Origin: an uncultured archaeon
GTDB lineage: Archaea > Iainarchaeota > Iainarchaeia > Iainarchaeales > JAAZKV01
Direction of reading: 5' to 3'
DNA length: 64,000 nt
Assembly (NCBI GenBank): GCA_964619405.1
Contig: CAZUCF010000001.1
Span: 33,633-97,632 of the forward strand
Shown here: one piece after another, positions 49,993 through 59,814 of the stretch
How positions within the stretch are numbered: the stretch's first letter is position 1
Layout of the letters: every line of letters starts with the position of its first letter
Notes under the pieces: model-generated
Told to the model about the DNA's origin: nothing
Database searches by the model: none
The model's input: only the letters and a program-made list of their open reading frames with translations
Made by a program: the position numbers and the translations under genes

Positions 49993-51471
49993 TTATCGAA
50001 AACAATGCTTTTTTGAAAACCCTGAAACAACGGGCTGAGGTAATTTAAGTTTTTTTGCAAAATTTCTTGTTAAAGAAAGCGAGTACTTGCTTCTCAAAAA
50101 AACATTTTTGTTAGTAGAATAAATAATTCTAGCACCCTCTTGCTCAGAAAACTCTTTAAATTTAAACAAAACACTTTCCTGCACAGCAACAATTGTTTGA
50201 GCTAAATCTATTGAAGAGAATTTTGAAAACGGTTTTGTTAAATGAAACGGAATATTCAAAAAAATATTTTTTGAAAAAGAAAGTAAACTCGAAGCAAAAA
50301 AATAATCAAAACTATTTTCAAATAAAAGATTTGAAGAATATTTTTTTAATTCATTTTCAATAGAAAAAATAAACTCGTTTAACTTTTTAATTTCACTTGA
50401 AAAAAAAGATTCTTTTTTTGTACAAGACCAAAGTAAAGAATGATTTTTTGACAAAACTACTTTTTTTTCATCCAGCAATTTTATTGCATCAACCAAAGGA
50501 ACTAAATATTTGTTATTTGAATTCAGTGGACCAACAGGAAAATTTTTTAAGCCAAATTCATTTTTTTTCAAACGCCTTATTTTTTTATTAGGATTATTAA
50601 TATTAAATAAATTTGAAAAAGAACCCGAAGTTGAAATATAAAAAAAATCTTTTTCTAAAGGAATTATTTCTATTAATGAACTCGGCAAAATATTTTTATC
50701 ATCTATTTTAACAGGCTTACAACAATCACAATTTATAACATCTTTACCAATATTAAAAAAATTGTTTGTCATTGTTTGTAACCAAACAAAAGAAAAATCA
50801 ATTTCTGAAAAATCTTCAAATAAACCATAAGGCGCAAAATCAATATGTGAAAAAACCTTGTTTTCTTTTTTCCAAGTAATTGGAACACCATTTGAAAAAT
50901 AAATATTTTCTAATAATGATTCTGTTTGCTCATCAATGTTTTCGGGCAACTCGCCAATAGGTAATTTTAACAAATTAGAAAGAGCGCTTTGTGAAATCAA
51001 ACTAATTAAATTCTTTTTATTAATATTTAATGCTTCAGCAAAATCTATATTTGGAATTAAAAAAAAAGAAAAATCTTTTTCAACAAAAACTTTTTGTGGA
51101 ATATTATACTCAAAACAAAATGAATCAAAATAAGACCAATCTTTTTCAATTAAGAAAACTCTTTCGGGCTCTAAAACCAAATATTTTTTACCAGAACAAA
51201 ATGCAATAACTTGACTAATTTTTTTTAAATTATTAAAAGAATTTGAAGACACAATTTTATTGGAACCATAATCACAAATGTTAAAATTCTTAAAATCAAA
51301 AAAAACAAGTAATTTTTTTATATCTTCAATATTAATTGAATTATCTAAAATAAAATATGGTTTGAAAGAAAATCTTTTGGCTATTTGAGAAGAAGAATCT
51401 TTAAAATAACAAATAATCTCGCATTTTTCTTCAACATACTCTACTTTAAACAAGTACTTGTGTGGGCGCAT
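49993..51471 (-). CDS. Inactivated family B DNA polymerase homolog
   Basis: FSFKPYF N-terminal motif; degenerate motif A EIDFSFVW...NIGKDVINCDCC (cf. DFxSLYP..NISPETLNCxCC); WSCTKKESF; degenerate motif C GARIIYSTNKNVF (cf. GFxVxYGDTDS). Confidence 0.72.
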   Translation of the reverse strand: MRPHKYLFKVEYVEEKCEIICYFKDSSSQIAKRFSFKPYFILDNSINIEDIKKLLVFFDFKNFNICDYGSNKIVSSNSFNNLKKISQVIAFCSGKKYLVLEPERVFLIEKDWSYFDSFCFEYNIPQKVFVEKDFSFFLIPNIDFAEALNINKKNLISLISQSALSNLLKLPIGELPENIDEQTESLLENIYFSNGVPITWKKENKVFSHIDFAPYGLFEDFSEIDFSFVWLQTMTNNFFNIGKDVINCDCCKPVKIDDKNILPSSLIEIIPLEKDFFYISTSGSFSNLFNINNPNKKIRRLKKNEFGLKNFPVGPLNSNNKYLVPLVDAIKLLDEKKVVLSKNHSLLWSCTKKESFFSSEIKKLNEFIFSIENELKKYSSNLLFENSFDYFFASSLLSFSKNIFLNIPFHLTKPFSKFSSIDLAQTIVAVQESVLFKFKEFSEQEGARIIYSTNKNVFLRSKYSLSLTRNFAKKLKLPQPVVSGFSKKHCFR

Positions 51472-51612
51472 GAAAAGATGGTTTTTTGTTTATTTAAAAA
51501 CAAATTGGGTGTTTCATGCCGACCTATCAAAGTAAAAAATAAAAAAAATAATATGATTAAAACAATCAATTATTGCAACTAATAATTACAAACAACTAAT
51601 ACAAAAAAAGAA

Positions 51613-53142
51613 TTACAAAAAATTACTTATTTCATCAACATTTTTTTTGTCATCAGCACAAAACATTTTTGCTGCTTCTTCCAAAGACATCTCATGCTTG
51701 CTTGGAGCTGACTCTCTTAATCTCACTTTAAAAAAAGTAGGAGCAGAAACTGCTTCCCCAACAATAATAGCTTCTCCAACCCTCAAAGAAGAAATCATTG
51801 AAATACTATTAGAATCCAAACCCTCACTTGATTGTTTAATATGATCTAAATCATAAGGATTAGATATCCTCAAAATTATGTTAGTATTACAATTTGCGAG
51901 AGTAGTTGTATCAAGTCTTTTTGGCCTTTGCGAAACAACAATAAGCGATGCACCAAATTTTCTACCTTCTCTTGCAATAGTTCTCAAAATTGGTTTTGCT
52001 AGAGCATGTTCAGCAGAGGTTGACTCTGGAATGAAATTATGGGCTTCTTCAACAAGAATTGCAAAAGGACAAATTTTTTTTGTTCTCCGCAAATTAAATA
52101 ATTTTTGAGAAAAATAAGAAACAATTAACTGTTTTTTTCTCTCTGAAATAATTCCATTCAAATCAATAATTGTTAATTGACCCGTTTTCGCAAAATCAAA
52201 TACTGATGGCTCATCAATTTTTCCAAAAATGTTTAAAGATAATAATTCATCAACCATAAAAGTTAATGGCACAGATGTTTTTGAATCTAATTTAGAAAAT
52301 TCGGCTTTAATATTGTTTAAATCAAAAGGCCCTACTCCTGACTTCATTTCATCTCTTAGTTTTGAAATTATTCTTGACAATTCTCTCTTTTGAACAGGAG
52401 TAATTGAAGGAACTAGTGAAGAAAGCATTTGATGAGAAATATTTGAAGTAGCAATTTTTATTTGAGAAGCATTAATCACCCTAGTACTAGAAGAAAAATC
52501 CTTATAATTAGAATTTGAAACAGGTTCACCAAAAGAAGTGTATTCACCATGAGTATCAAAAACAATAACCGCAATTTTTCCTTGCTCATCAGAACGCTTT
52601 TGAAGTTCTTCTAATATTACTGACATCAAAAAAGATTTTCCAGCACCCGACATTGCTAACACAGCCAAGTGTTTTTGCAATAATTTTGACATATTTAGTT
52701 TTAATAAAACATCATGGAATTGTATTTTGCCTAAATACAAACCATTTTCTTCTAAACCAAGAAATTGTTTTATGTGATCATTAGTTGCAACAAAAACTTT
52801 TGTTCCAGGAGAAGGAGGAAAAGTTGAGCGTTGCATAAAAGAATCATTAAAAACACCAAGTGGCTTTGCTTTCGCAATCAAAAACTCCCAATCCGCAACA
52901 GGAAAATTTTTTTCTAGTTCAGAACCCATTGTTTTAACTGAATCAGGCCGCTCAAAATAACGATTTGTTTTAATCAATTCCTCAACCATACAAATCATTG
53001 TACCCTCAGAATAATTTAGTTCAACAAACATTCCCTTGTGAACAACCCCATTATTCACTACAAAATCAATTCTATTTGGCGAGGGCCCTTCAATTGTTGA
53101 AACAATTGTTCCTAATTGAACATTATCTAAATGCACACTCAT
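51613..53142 (-). CDS. herA: HerA helicase/translocase
   Basis: HAS-barrel N-terminus, HLAVLAMSGAGKS, VFDTHGEY, VEEAHNF, IAREGRKFG, SQRP. Confidence 0.94.
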   Translation of the reverse strand: MSVHLDNVQLGTIVSTIEGPSPNRIDFVVNNGVVHKGMFVELNYSEGTMICMVEELIKTNRYFERPDSVKTMGSELEKNFPVADWEFLIAKAKPLGVFNDSFMQRSTFPPSPGTKVFVATNDHIKQFLGLEENGLYLGKIQFHDVLLKLNMSKLLQKHLAVLAMSGAGKSFLMSVILEELQKRSDEQGKIAVIVFDTHGEYTSFGEPVSNSNYKDFSSSTRVINASQIKIATSNISHQMLSSLVPSITPVQKRELSRIISKLRDEMKSGVGPFDLNNIKAEFSKLDSKTSVPLTFMVDELLSLNIFGKIDEPSVFDFAKTGQLTIIDLNGIISERKKQLIVSYFSQKLFNLRRTKKICPFAILVEEAHNFIPESTSAEHALAKPILRTIAREGRKFGASLIVVSQRPKRLDTTTLANCNTNIILRISNPYDLDHIKQSSEGLDSNSISMISSLRVGEAIIVGEAVSAPTFFKVRLRESAPSKHEMSLEEAAKMFCADDKKNVDEISNFL

Positions 53143-53351
53143 TTTTTTCCACCATTTTTATTTAACAACATTTTTTGGCGAAAAGCAAGAATTGCTTTTT
53201 TTCTTTTCAAATATTCTCCAATGTGAGCAGTCTTCTTCAAAACCCTTGCAGAATCAGCACGAGCTTTTTTTTCTCGCGCAATTTTTCTTGCTAACTGCAA
53301 ACTCTCTTTTTCTACACCATTAACATCCCTAATATTAATTCTTTTTCTCAT
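53139..53351 (-). CDS. Small basic hypothetical protein
   Basis: Translationally coupled on both sides (ATGA overlaps). Confidence 0.6.
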   Translation of the reverse strand: MRKRINIRDVNGVEKESLQLARKIAREKKARADSARVLKKTAHIGEYLKRKKAILAFRQKMLLNKNGGKK

Positions 53352-54007
53352 TTTAATTCCCCCAAAACTTTTTCTAACTCATTAAAAGATTTTATTTCAA
53401 AATCTGGTTTCTCATTAGCATTATCAAGAATAATATTATCACGATTTATTAAAATGGTGTGAATACCAACATTTTTTGCTCCAAGAATATCTGCTCTTAA
53501 AGAATCGCCAACCATTACTGTTTCACTAGGATTAACCTTGAATTTTTTCAAAACAAATTCAAAAGCCTCTTTTTCAGGTTTCAAGTGTTTTAATTCAAAA
53601 CTATAACCCAAAAAATCAAAATAATTTTTCAAATTTAATTGTTTCTCAATATTTTTTGCAGGCAAACTCTCAGTATTACTAAGGAGCGCTAAAAAATAAT
53701 CTTTTTTTAATTTAACCAAATTTTTTTCAACATCAGGAAAAAAATTTATTTTATCAATTCTATTAAGATAAATCTCGTAAAAATTTTTTTCAAGAATATC
53801 TTTGTCAATACCATTAAAAGCAATAAAAAAATCTTTTTTTAATTTACTAATTGAAGAATACTTTTTTACTTGAACTGATTGTTCATATTTTTCAATGAAT
53901 TCCTCTCTTGAAAAATCACTTTTATTAATCAAAGAAAATAAGTGAGAAAAATCAATTGTCGCAGGAATTAATGTTCTCCACAAATCAAAAATAATTAATT
54001 TAATCAT
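53348..54007 (-). CDS. HAD-superfamily hydrolase
   Basis: IIFDLWRTL, LLSNT, KPE, MVGDSLRADILGA. Confidence 0.92.
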   Translation of the reverse strand: MIKLIIFDLWRTLIPATIDFSHLFSLINKSDFSREEFIEKYEQSVQVKKYSSISKLKKDFFIAFNGIDKDILEKNFYEIYLNRIDKINFFPDVEKNLVKLKKDYFLALLSNTESLPAKNIEKQLNLKNYFDFLGYSFELKHLKPEKEAFEFVLKKFKVNPSETVMVGDSLRADILGAKNVGIHTILINRDNIILDNANEKPDFEIKSFNELEKVLGELK

Positions 54008-54028
54008 AAACACACCAATCAAAATCAA

Positions 54029-55117
54029 TTACTTAAATGGCCGAGAATTTCTCCTTAATTTTATTTTGGGGCCTAATTTGTCAATCATTTTATTATAGAT
54101 TATTGAAATATCATCATCTTTTAAACGCGCTCTTAAATCAGCTTCTATTAATATTGAGGGATAAGAATATTCTTTGTGGATTGATGAAAGCATGTAAACA
54201 ATTGAAGCAATTTTGTTTGCTTTGTCAACAATATTTTTTTTTGAAATAAATTCAATTCTTAGTGGAAAATCAAATTCGCTTGCCTTCATATAAAAAACAA
54301 ATATTTTTTCAGCCCACTCTTTTTTATAATCTTTTAGAATAGGGTGCAAATTTGAATCATTAGTATAAGGAAAACAAAAAGTCCTTTCTTTTTTAAACAA
54401 AAAATAATCTAATAATAATGAATCAGACATATTTTTCAAAGAATTATTGTCAACAAATTTCTGTGATTCAACACACTCTTCCAATATTTGAATAAATCTT
54501 TTTCCCCTAGAATCCTCAATTGTTGAAATCAAAATACAATCATTTTTTTCTGCAACCAAATATAATTCTTGAAACAAATCAATTATTGATAAATAATCTG
54601 AATTTAAAACAGAATCATTTCTCGGTTTATCTTGGTATTGTGGAACAATAGAGCCATCAATGAACAAATAATTTGGTTTAAACTTAATAATAATATCAAT
54701 TGAAAGTCTAACTTCTTTTCTTAATCTTTCAAGTGAAACACTTTGGGATTCCTCATCTTTTTCCAAAAAGCTTTTCAATAATAATGGCTCAGGCAACAAA
54801 ACAGGCGAAGGAAAATAATCAGCTTGCTCAAGAATTGAATCTTTGTAAGAAAAAATTACTCCACCCATTTTTATTAAAATCAAATTAGCAAAATTAATTC
54901 TTTTTGAAACAAATCCAGAATCAACACCAGCAATTTTTCCAGAAAACTTTTTTTCATCAATATTTACAACAAAATTTTCTAAAAAATTCGGAGAAACTAT
55001 TTTTTTTAAATTAATTAATTTAGAAACAACTTGTTCGTTATTCAACTGGTTTTTGTTAATAGTCGAACAAGCATCATCAAGAAAAGCGTTAAAATACATA
55101 AAGAGATTAGAATTCAT
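54029..55117 (-). CDS. nurA: NurA 5'-3' nuclease
   Basis: AGVDSG, FIDGS, YSYPSILIEAD; in operon with herA. Confidence 0.9.
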   Translation of the reverse strand: MNSNLFMYFNAFLDDACSTINKNQLNNEQVVSKLINLKKIVSPNFLENFVVNIDEKKFSGKIAGVDSGFVSKRINFANLILIKMGGVIFSYKDSILEQADYFPSPVLLPEPLLLKSFLEKDEESQSVSLERLRKEVRLSIDIIIKFKPNYLFIDGSIVPQYQDKPRNDSVLNSDYLSIIDLFQELYLVAEKNDCILISTIEDSRGKRFIQILEECVESQKFVDNNSLKNMSDSLLLDYFLFKKERTFCFPYTNDSNLHPILKDYKKEWAEKIFVFYMKASEFDFPLRIEFISKKNIVDKANKIASIVYMLSSIHKEYSYPSILIEADLRARLKDDDISIIYNKMIDKLGPKIKLRRNSRPFK

Positions 55118-55143
55118 TCATTTAAAATTCTTTACTAAGAATT

Positions 55144-55596
55144 GTGCCGGGCATGCGACAAATTTTTAAACAAAACAGGCTTTCTTATTTTAGTGATAGC
55201 ATGAAAGCAAGATTTGATATTAAAAGCATAAAAGCACAATGGAAACCCCCATTTAAAAAAGAAATAACTGAAGAAGTGTTTGATGTTGAAGAAAACGAGA
55301 AATTCGATAAAATAATAGGCAATGGAAACAACGAATATGTTTTCAAACTAATAAGATTCAATAATGATTTTGCTGAAATAGAGTATTCAAAGCTTTTCAC
55401 ATTAAAAACAGGAAACCCTAACAAATATATTATAACAATTAATAGAGATCAAACAGTTGATATGGCATACTTATGGGGTGAAGACGGGGTAACAAAAAAG
55501 ATAACATACAAAGGAATAATAATGCCTAGTGAAACAAAAACAAATGACATAAAAGACGAGAATACAACAGAAAATGAAGTAACAGGCGAAGAATAA
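55144..55596 (+). CDS. Hypothetical protein with acidic tail
   Basis: Open 150-aa frame; start uncertain. Confidence 0.6.
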   Translation: MPGMRQIFKQNRLSYFSDSMKARFDIKSIKAQWKPPFKKEITEEVFDVEENEKFDKIIGNGNNEYVFKLIRFNNDFAEIEYSKLFTLKTGNPNKYIITINRDQTVDMAYLWGEDGVTKKITYKGIIMPSETKTNDIKDENTTENEVTGEE

Positions 55597-55700
55597 AAAA
55601 ATTAATTAAAAAAAGTAAAACTAATTTTCAAATTGACTTAATGAATTTAATTATTTCAAAATTGAAAACATTTAAAAACATTACATGAAATTATATTCAT

Positions 55701-56009
55701 ATGTCTTTGAGTTATCCACACAAATGCTTAAACATTCTTGGAAACGAAATAAGAATAAATATAATAAAATCTCTAAGAGAAAAACCAAAAACGGTTTTAG
55801 AATTATGCGAAGAACAAGGAAAAGAACAAAGCACAATAAGCCACGCATTACAACAACTAAGAAAATGTAATTTTGTAGGATTTGAAAAAAAAGGAAAAGA
55901 AAGATACTATTTTATTAAAAGCAAAATATTTACTAAAAATTCAAACAAAAACATTTTAGAATTAATAGAAGAACACGTTAAAGAATACTGTGGTGAGAAA
56001 AATGAGTAA
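55701..56009 (+). CDS. ArsR-family HTH regulator
   Basis: LGNEIRINII...KTVLELC...EQSTISHALQQL...EKKGKERYY. Confidence 0.9.
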   Translation: MSLSYPHKCLNILGNEIRINIIKSLREKPKTVLELCEEQGKEQSTISHALQQLRKCNFVGFEKKGKERYYFIKSKIFTKNSNKNILELIEEHVKEYCGEKNE

Positions 56010-57183
56010 AAAAATAATTTACCTTGACAATAGTGCGACAACACAAACAAGAAAAGAAGTGTTAAAAGAAACACAAAAATATTTTTTAAAAGAATTTGGA
56101 AATCCAAGTTCATTTCATTCAAAAGGATTTGAAGCAAAAAAAGCAATAAATAAATCAAGAGAAACAATTGCAAGAATATTGGGTTGTGAAAAAGAAGAAA
56201 TAATATTTACTGGATCAGGAACAGAAAGCATTAATTTAGCAATAAAAGGAATTGCTTTCAGAGAATTGTTAAAAGGAAGAAAAGGACATTTTATAACACA
56301 AAAAACAGAACATGACGCTGTACTAGAAAGCATGCACTGGTTAGAAAAACTTGGTTTTGAAGTAACTTACATTAATGTTGATGAAAACGGTTTAATAAAA
56401 TTAGGTGAATTAGAAAAAAAAATTAGGAATGATACTTTATTAGTTAGCATAATGTATGCTAACAATGAAATAGGAACAATACAACCAATAAAAAAAATAT
56501 CAGAAATATGCAAAAATAAAAATATTTTATTTCACACTGATGCCTGTCAAGGAGCAGAATACTTGAACCTAAATGTAAAAGAATTAGGAATAGATTTAAT
56601 GACAATAAATGGAAGCAAATTATATGGTTTCAAAGGAACAGGTTTATTATACAAGAAAAAAAAAGTTGAAATAGAACCAATAATTCATGGTGGAAAACAC
56701 GAGTTTGGTTTAAGAGCAGGAACGGAAAATGTAACAGGAATAATTGCTATAGCAAAAGCACTAGAAATAGCAGAAAAAGAAAAAAAAAATGAAACAAAAA
56801 GACTTGAAAAACTAAGAGATTATATGATTAAACGAATACTAAAAGAAATAAATAAAACAAAATTAAATGGTTCAAAAAAAAGGTTACCAAACAATGTAAA
56901 CATTTCATTTTATGGCGTAGAAGGAGAATCAATATTATTAATGTTGAACGAGAAAAGAATAATGGTTTCAACAGGATCAGCGTGCTCATCACAATCACTA
57001 GAACCAAGCCACGTGCTAATGGCAATAGGCCTCCCACACGAATTAAGTCACGGGAGTATAAGATTTAGTTTAGGAAAAACCACTACAAAAAAAGATGTTG
57101 ATTACACAATAACAGAATTAAAAAAAATAATAAAAAAACTGAGAAAAATGAGTCCTGTTTGGGAAAAGGAGTTGAACAAATGA
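56002..57183 (+). CDS. iscS: Cysteine desulfurase IscS/NifS (group I)
   Basis: YLDNSATT, GNPSS, NNEIGTIQP, HTDACQ, PLP-Lys NGSKLYG, RAGTEN, STGSACSS. Confidence 0.96.
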   Translation: MSKKIIYLDNSATTQTRKEVLKETQKYFLKEFGNPSSFHSKGFEAKKAINKSRETIARILGCEKEEIIFTGSGTESINLAIKGIAFRELLKGRKGHFITQKTEHDAVLESMHWLEKLGFEVTYINVDENGLIKLGELEKKIRNDTLLVSIMYANNEIGTIQPIKKISEICKNKNILFHTDACQGAEYLNLNVKELGIDLMTINGSKLYGFKGTGLLYKKKKVEIEPIIHGGKHEFGLRAGTENVTGIIAIAKALEIAEKEKKNETKRLEKLRDYMIKRILKEINKTKLNGSKKRLPNNVNISFYGVEGESILLMLNEKRIMVSTGSACSSQSLEPSHVLMAIGLPHELSHGSIRFSLGKTTTKKDVDYTITELKKIIKKLRKMSPVWEKELNK

Positions 57184-58685
57184 AATTTGAAGGACAAGAC
57201 TGGTTTTATTCAGCAACAGTAAAAGAGCATTTCTTGAAACCAAAAAATGTTTTAAAAAATGAAGGAGAAATAAAAAATTATAATGGTTATGGTAAAGTAG
57301 GGAACATGAAATGTGGAGACATAATGGAATTATGGATAAAAATAGAAAAAGGAATAATAAAAAAATGTAAATGGAGAACATTTGGTTCTATTCACCCACA
57401 AGAAAAAGTTTTAATGAGTGATTATACATATAAAGCAGCAAAAAATATAAAACCCGGAAATGTTATCATAGATGGCAATGGGAAAAAAAACCTTGTTGAA
57501 ACAAAAAAAGAAAAAGACTATTCTGGAAAATTAATAACTATTTTTTTGTCAACATCCAAATTTTATAATTTTACAGTTACCCCTAATCATCCAATTCAAA
57601 TAATAAAAAGAAATCAAGTTTCAATGATAAATAGATTAAAAGGAACCCATTGGTCAGAAGTATCTCAAAAAAAAATTGATTTTGCAGAATCTCAAATTTA
57701 TTCAGCAAGTGAATTAAGAAAAAGCGATTTTGTTTTATTTGGAATTTCAAAATTCACAAAAGATTCAAACGAATTAACTAAAGAATTATGCACTCTCTTA
57801 GGATATTATGTGTCAGATGGTGGAATACCTTCAAAAAACAGAGTAATATTTTATTTTGGTTTAGGCGAACAAAAATACATTAAAGAAATTGAAACAATAT
57901 GTAAAAAAAACAAATGGAAAACAATAACTTATAAAAGAAATACTGAAAATGTTTATTGCATACAAATAAATGAACCAAAAATAGCAGCAATACTTAGAAA
58001 ACACGGTGGTGAATCTGGAAACAAAAAATTTTCAGAAACCGTTCTCGTGTTACCAAAACAAAAACAACTAAAAATAATTAATTCATATGTAAATGGAGAT
58101 GGTTGGACAACACAACAAAATAAAAATTGGGAACCCCAATTTTTCATATCAACTTCAAACGAAATCATAGCAAATCAACTCCAAATGATGTTGGCCAGAA
58201 ACAAAATTTTTGCACCATTACATTATAGAGAACCACGAAAATTTGTAATAAAAGGAAAAACTTACAAAAATAAAGGCGAAATAAATTTGGTTTTCAGAAA
58301 AAATACAAAATATTCAAGAATAAAATTTAGTAAAAAAGAAAATGCTTTTTTAATACCAATATCAAAAATAATTGAAACTGATTATAATGGAAAAATAGTG
58401 GATTTGAGTCTTATTGAAACCCCAAACACATACAAAATAAAAGGAATATCAATTCATAATTGCGCAAGCGCAATAGCATCAACAAGCATGCTATCATTAA
58501 TGATTACAGAAAATGGTGGAATGAAAATAAAAGATGCTTTAAAAATAACTGGAAAAGATATTACAGAAAGATTGAAGGGCTTGCCCCAAATAAAAATTCA
58601 TTGCTCGGTTTTGGGCGACGAAGCACTAAGAGAAGCAATAAAAGATTATGAAAAAAAGCAAGAAATTAAAAACTCTGAAAAATAA
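57180..58685 (+). CDS. iscU: IscU/NifU-type Fe-S scaffold protein interrupted by an intein (spliced product 143 aa)
   Basis: YSATVKEHFLKPKN, GNMKCGD, WRTFG|intein|CASAIAS, LPQIKIHCS; ATGA coupling with iscS. Confidence 0.94.
   Translation: MKFEGQDWFYSATVKEHFLKPKNVLKNEGEIKNYNGYGKVGNMKCGDIMELWIKIEKGIIKKCKWRTFGSIHPQEKVLMSDYTYKAAKNIKPGNVIIDGNGKKNLVETKKEKDYSGKLITIFLSTSKFYNFTVTPNHPIQIIKRNQVSMINRLKGTHWSEVSQKKIDFAESQIYSASELRKSDFVLFGISKFTKDSNELTKELCTLLGYYVSDGGIPSKNRVIFYFGLGEQKYIKEIETICKKNKWKTITYKRNTENVYCIQINEPKIAAILRKHGGESGNKKFSETVLVLPKQKQLKIINSYVNGDGWTTQQNKNWEPQFFISTSNEIIANQLQMMLARNKIFAPLHYREPRKFVIKGKTYKNKGEINLVFRKNTKYSRIKFSKKENAFLIPISKIIETDYNGKIVDLSLIETPNTYKIKGISIHNCASAIASTSMLSLMITENGGMKIKDALKITGKDITERLKGLPQIKIHCSVLGDEALREAIKDYEKKQEIKNSEK
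57387..58460 (+). mobile_element. Ser1 intein (358 aa) with LAGLIDADG homing endonuclease, inside iscU
   Basis: Block A SIHPQEKVLMSD, block B VTPNHP, LLGYYVSDG and INSYVNGDG, block F YNGKIVDLSL, block G IKGISIHN|C. Confidence 0.92.
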
Positions 58686-58693
58686 GTATTATT

Positions 58694-59407
58694 ATGCCTT
58701 TACCAAACAAAAAAGCAAAATCAATAAGAATAAGTGAGAAAAAACCTTTTGTAATAAGTGCTTCGCCAAAAGGACTAGTTATTGGAAAATATATGTCAGC
58801 TTATTTAAACCCAAAACCAACTAACACTAAAAAAATGTTTCTTGAAGTTGAAGCAAAGCTAAACATACTTGGAAAACAAATGAGAAATATAAAAAGAAAT
58901 CAAACAGAAGAAAACCCTTATGGGAGAAGAGTAATGATACAATTTTTCAAAGAAGCAGCAAATTATACTGAGTTAAAATGGAAAATGCTACAAGAAAAAA
59001 TTAATAAAGAAGGAGCAAACAAAGAAAAAATAATGGAAGAAATTAAACAAGCAGAATCAGATTTTAATTATTTTTGGAGTAAACACAGATTATTAATGCC
59101 CAAAAAAGAACAAAAAAAACCACAAGAAATTAAAGTAAAAAAAGCCGAGCAAAAACTTGACGAAAGTAGAGAAAAATTAAAAAGAATTCAAAAAGAATAT
59201 GGTGCACAAAGTTGGCAAGCACAAAAAGCCCTCTTAGAACACTTAGAAAATTTTAAAACATTTTTATACAAAGAAGCAGATTATTTAAATTTGCTAATAG
59301 CAGAAAATCCAAAATTATCTAGAGACATAAAAACAAGTTTAAATACAATAGAAACTAATTTTAAGAAAATAGCAAAAAGAATAGCATTTTTACGAGAAAG
59401 ATTATAA
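58694..59407 (+). CDS. Hypothetical basic coiled-coil protein
   Basis: 237-aa K/E-rich helical ORF starting MPLPNKKAK. Confidence 0.6.
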   Translation: MPLPNKKAKSIRISEKKPFVISASPKGLVIGKYMSAYLNPKPTNTKKMFLEVEAKLNILGKQMRNIKRNQTEENPYGRRVMIQFFKEAANYTELKWKMLQEKINKEGANKEKIMEEIKQAESDFNYFWSKHRLLMPKKEQKKPQEIKVKKAEQKLDESREKLKRIQKEYGAQSWQAQKALLEHLENFKTFLYKEADYLNLLIAENPKLSRDIKTSLNTIETNFKKIAKRIAFLRERL

Positions 59408-59445
59408 CGAATTGGTTTAAAAGGAAAAAGGACCAAACATAAATT

Positions 59446-59787
59446 ATGGAACTCGCACAATATATAATAATAAATAATTCTTTAGGAATGGGCAAAGGCA
59501 AAATGATTGCACAAGGATGCCATGCAGCCATAGCAGTATTAGAAAAAGTAAAACCAGAAACAATCCAAGAATGGAAAAACCAAGGAATGAAAAAAATTGT
59601 TTTAAAAGTAAATTCAACAGAAGAACTATTAAACTTATTTCAAAAAACAAAAAAAGAATTGCCTTGCGCATTAATAACTGACGCAGGAAAAACCCAAATA
59701 GAAAGTGGAAGCAAAACTGCTTTTGCTTGCGGGCCAACAGAGGAATCAAAAAGTAGCAAATATTTCTCTCATTTAAAATTATTATAA
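59446..59787 (+). CDS. pth2: Peptidyl-tRNA hydrolase Pth2
   Basis: LGMGKGKMIAQGCHA, KKIVLKV, ITDAGKTQI, HLKLL C-terminus. Confidence 0.95.
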   Translation: MELAQYIIINNSLGMGKGKMIAQGCHAAIAVLEKVKPETIQEWKNQGMKKIVLKVNSTEELLNLFQKTKKELPCALITDAGKTQIESGSKTAFACGPTEESKSSKYFSHLKLL

Positions 59788-59814
59788 TACAAAAAAATAT
59801 TAAATGGTGAAAAA

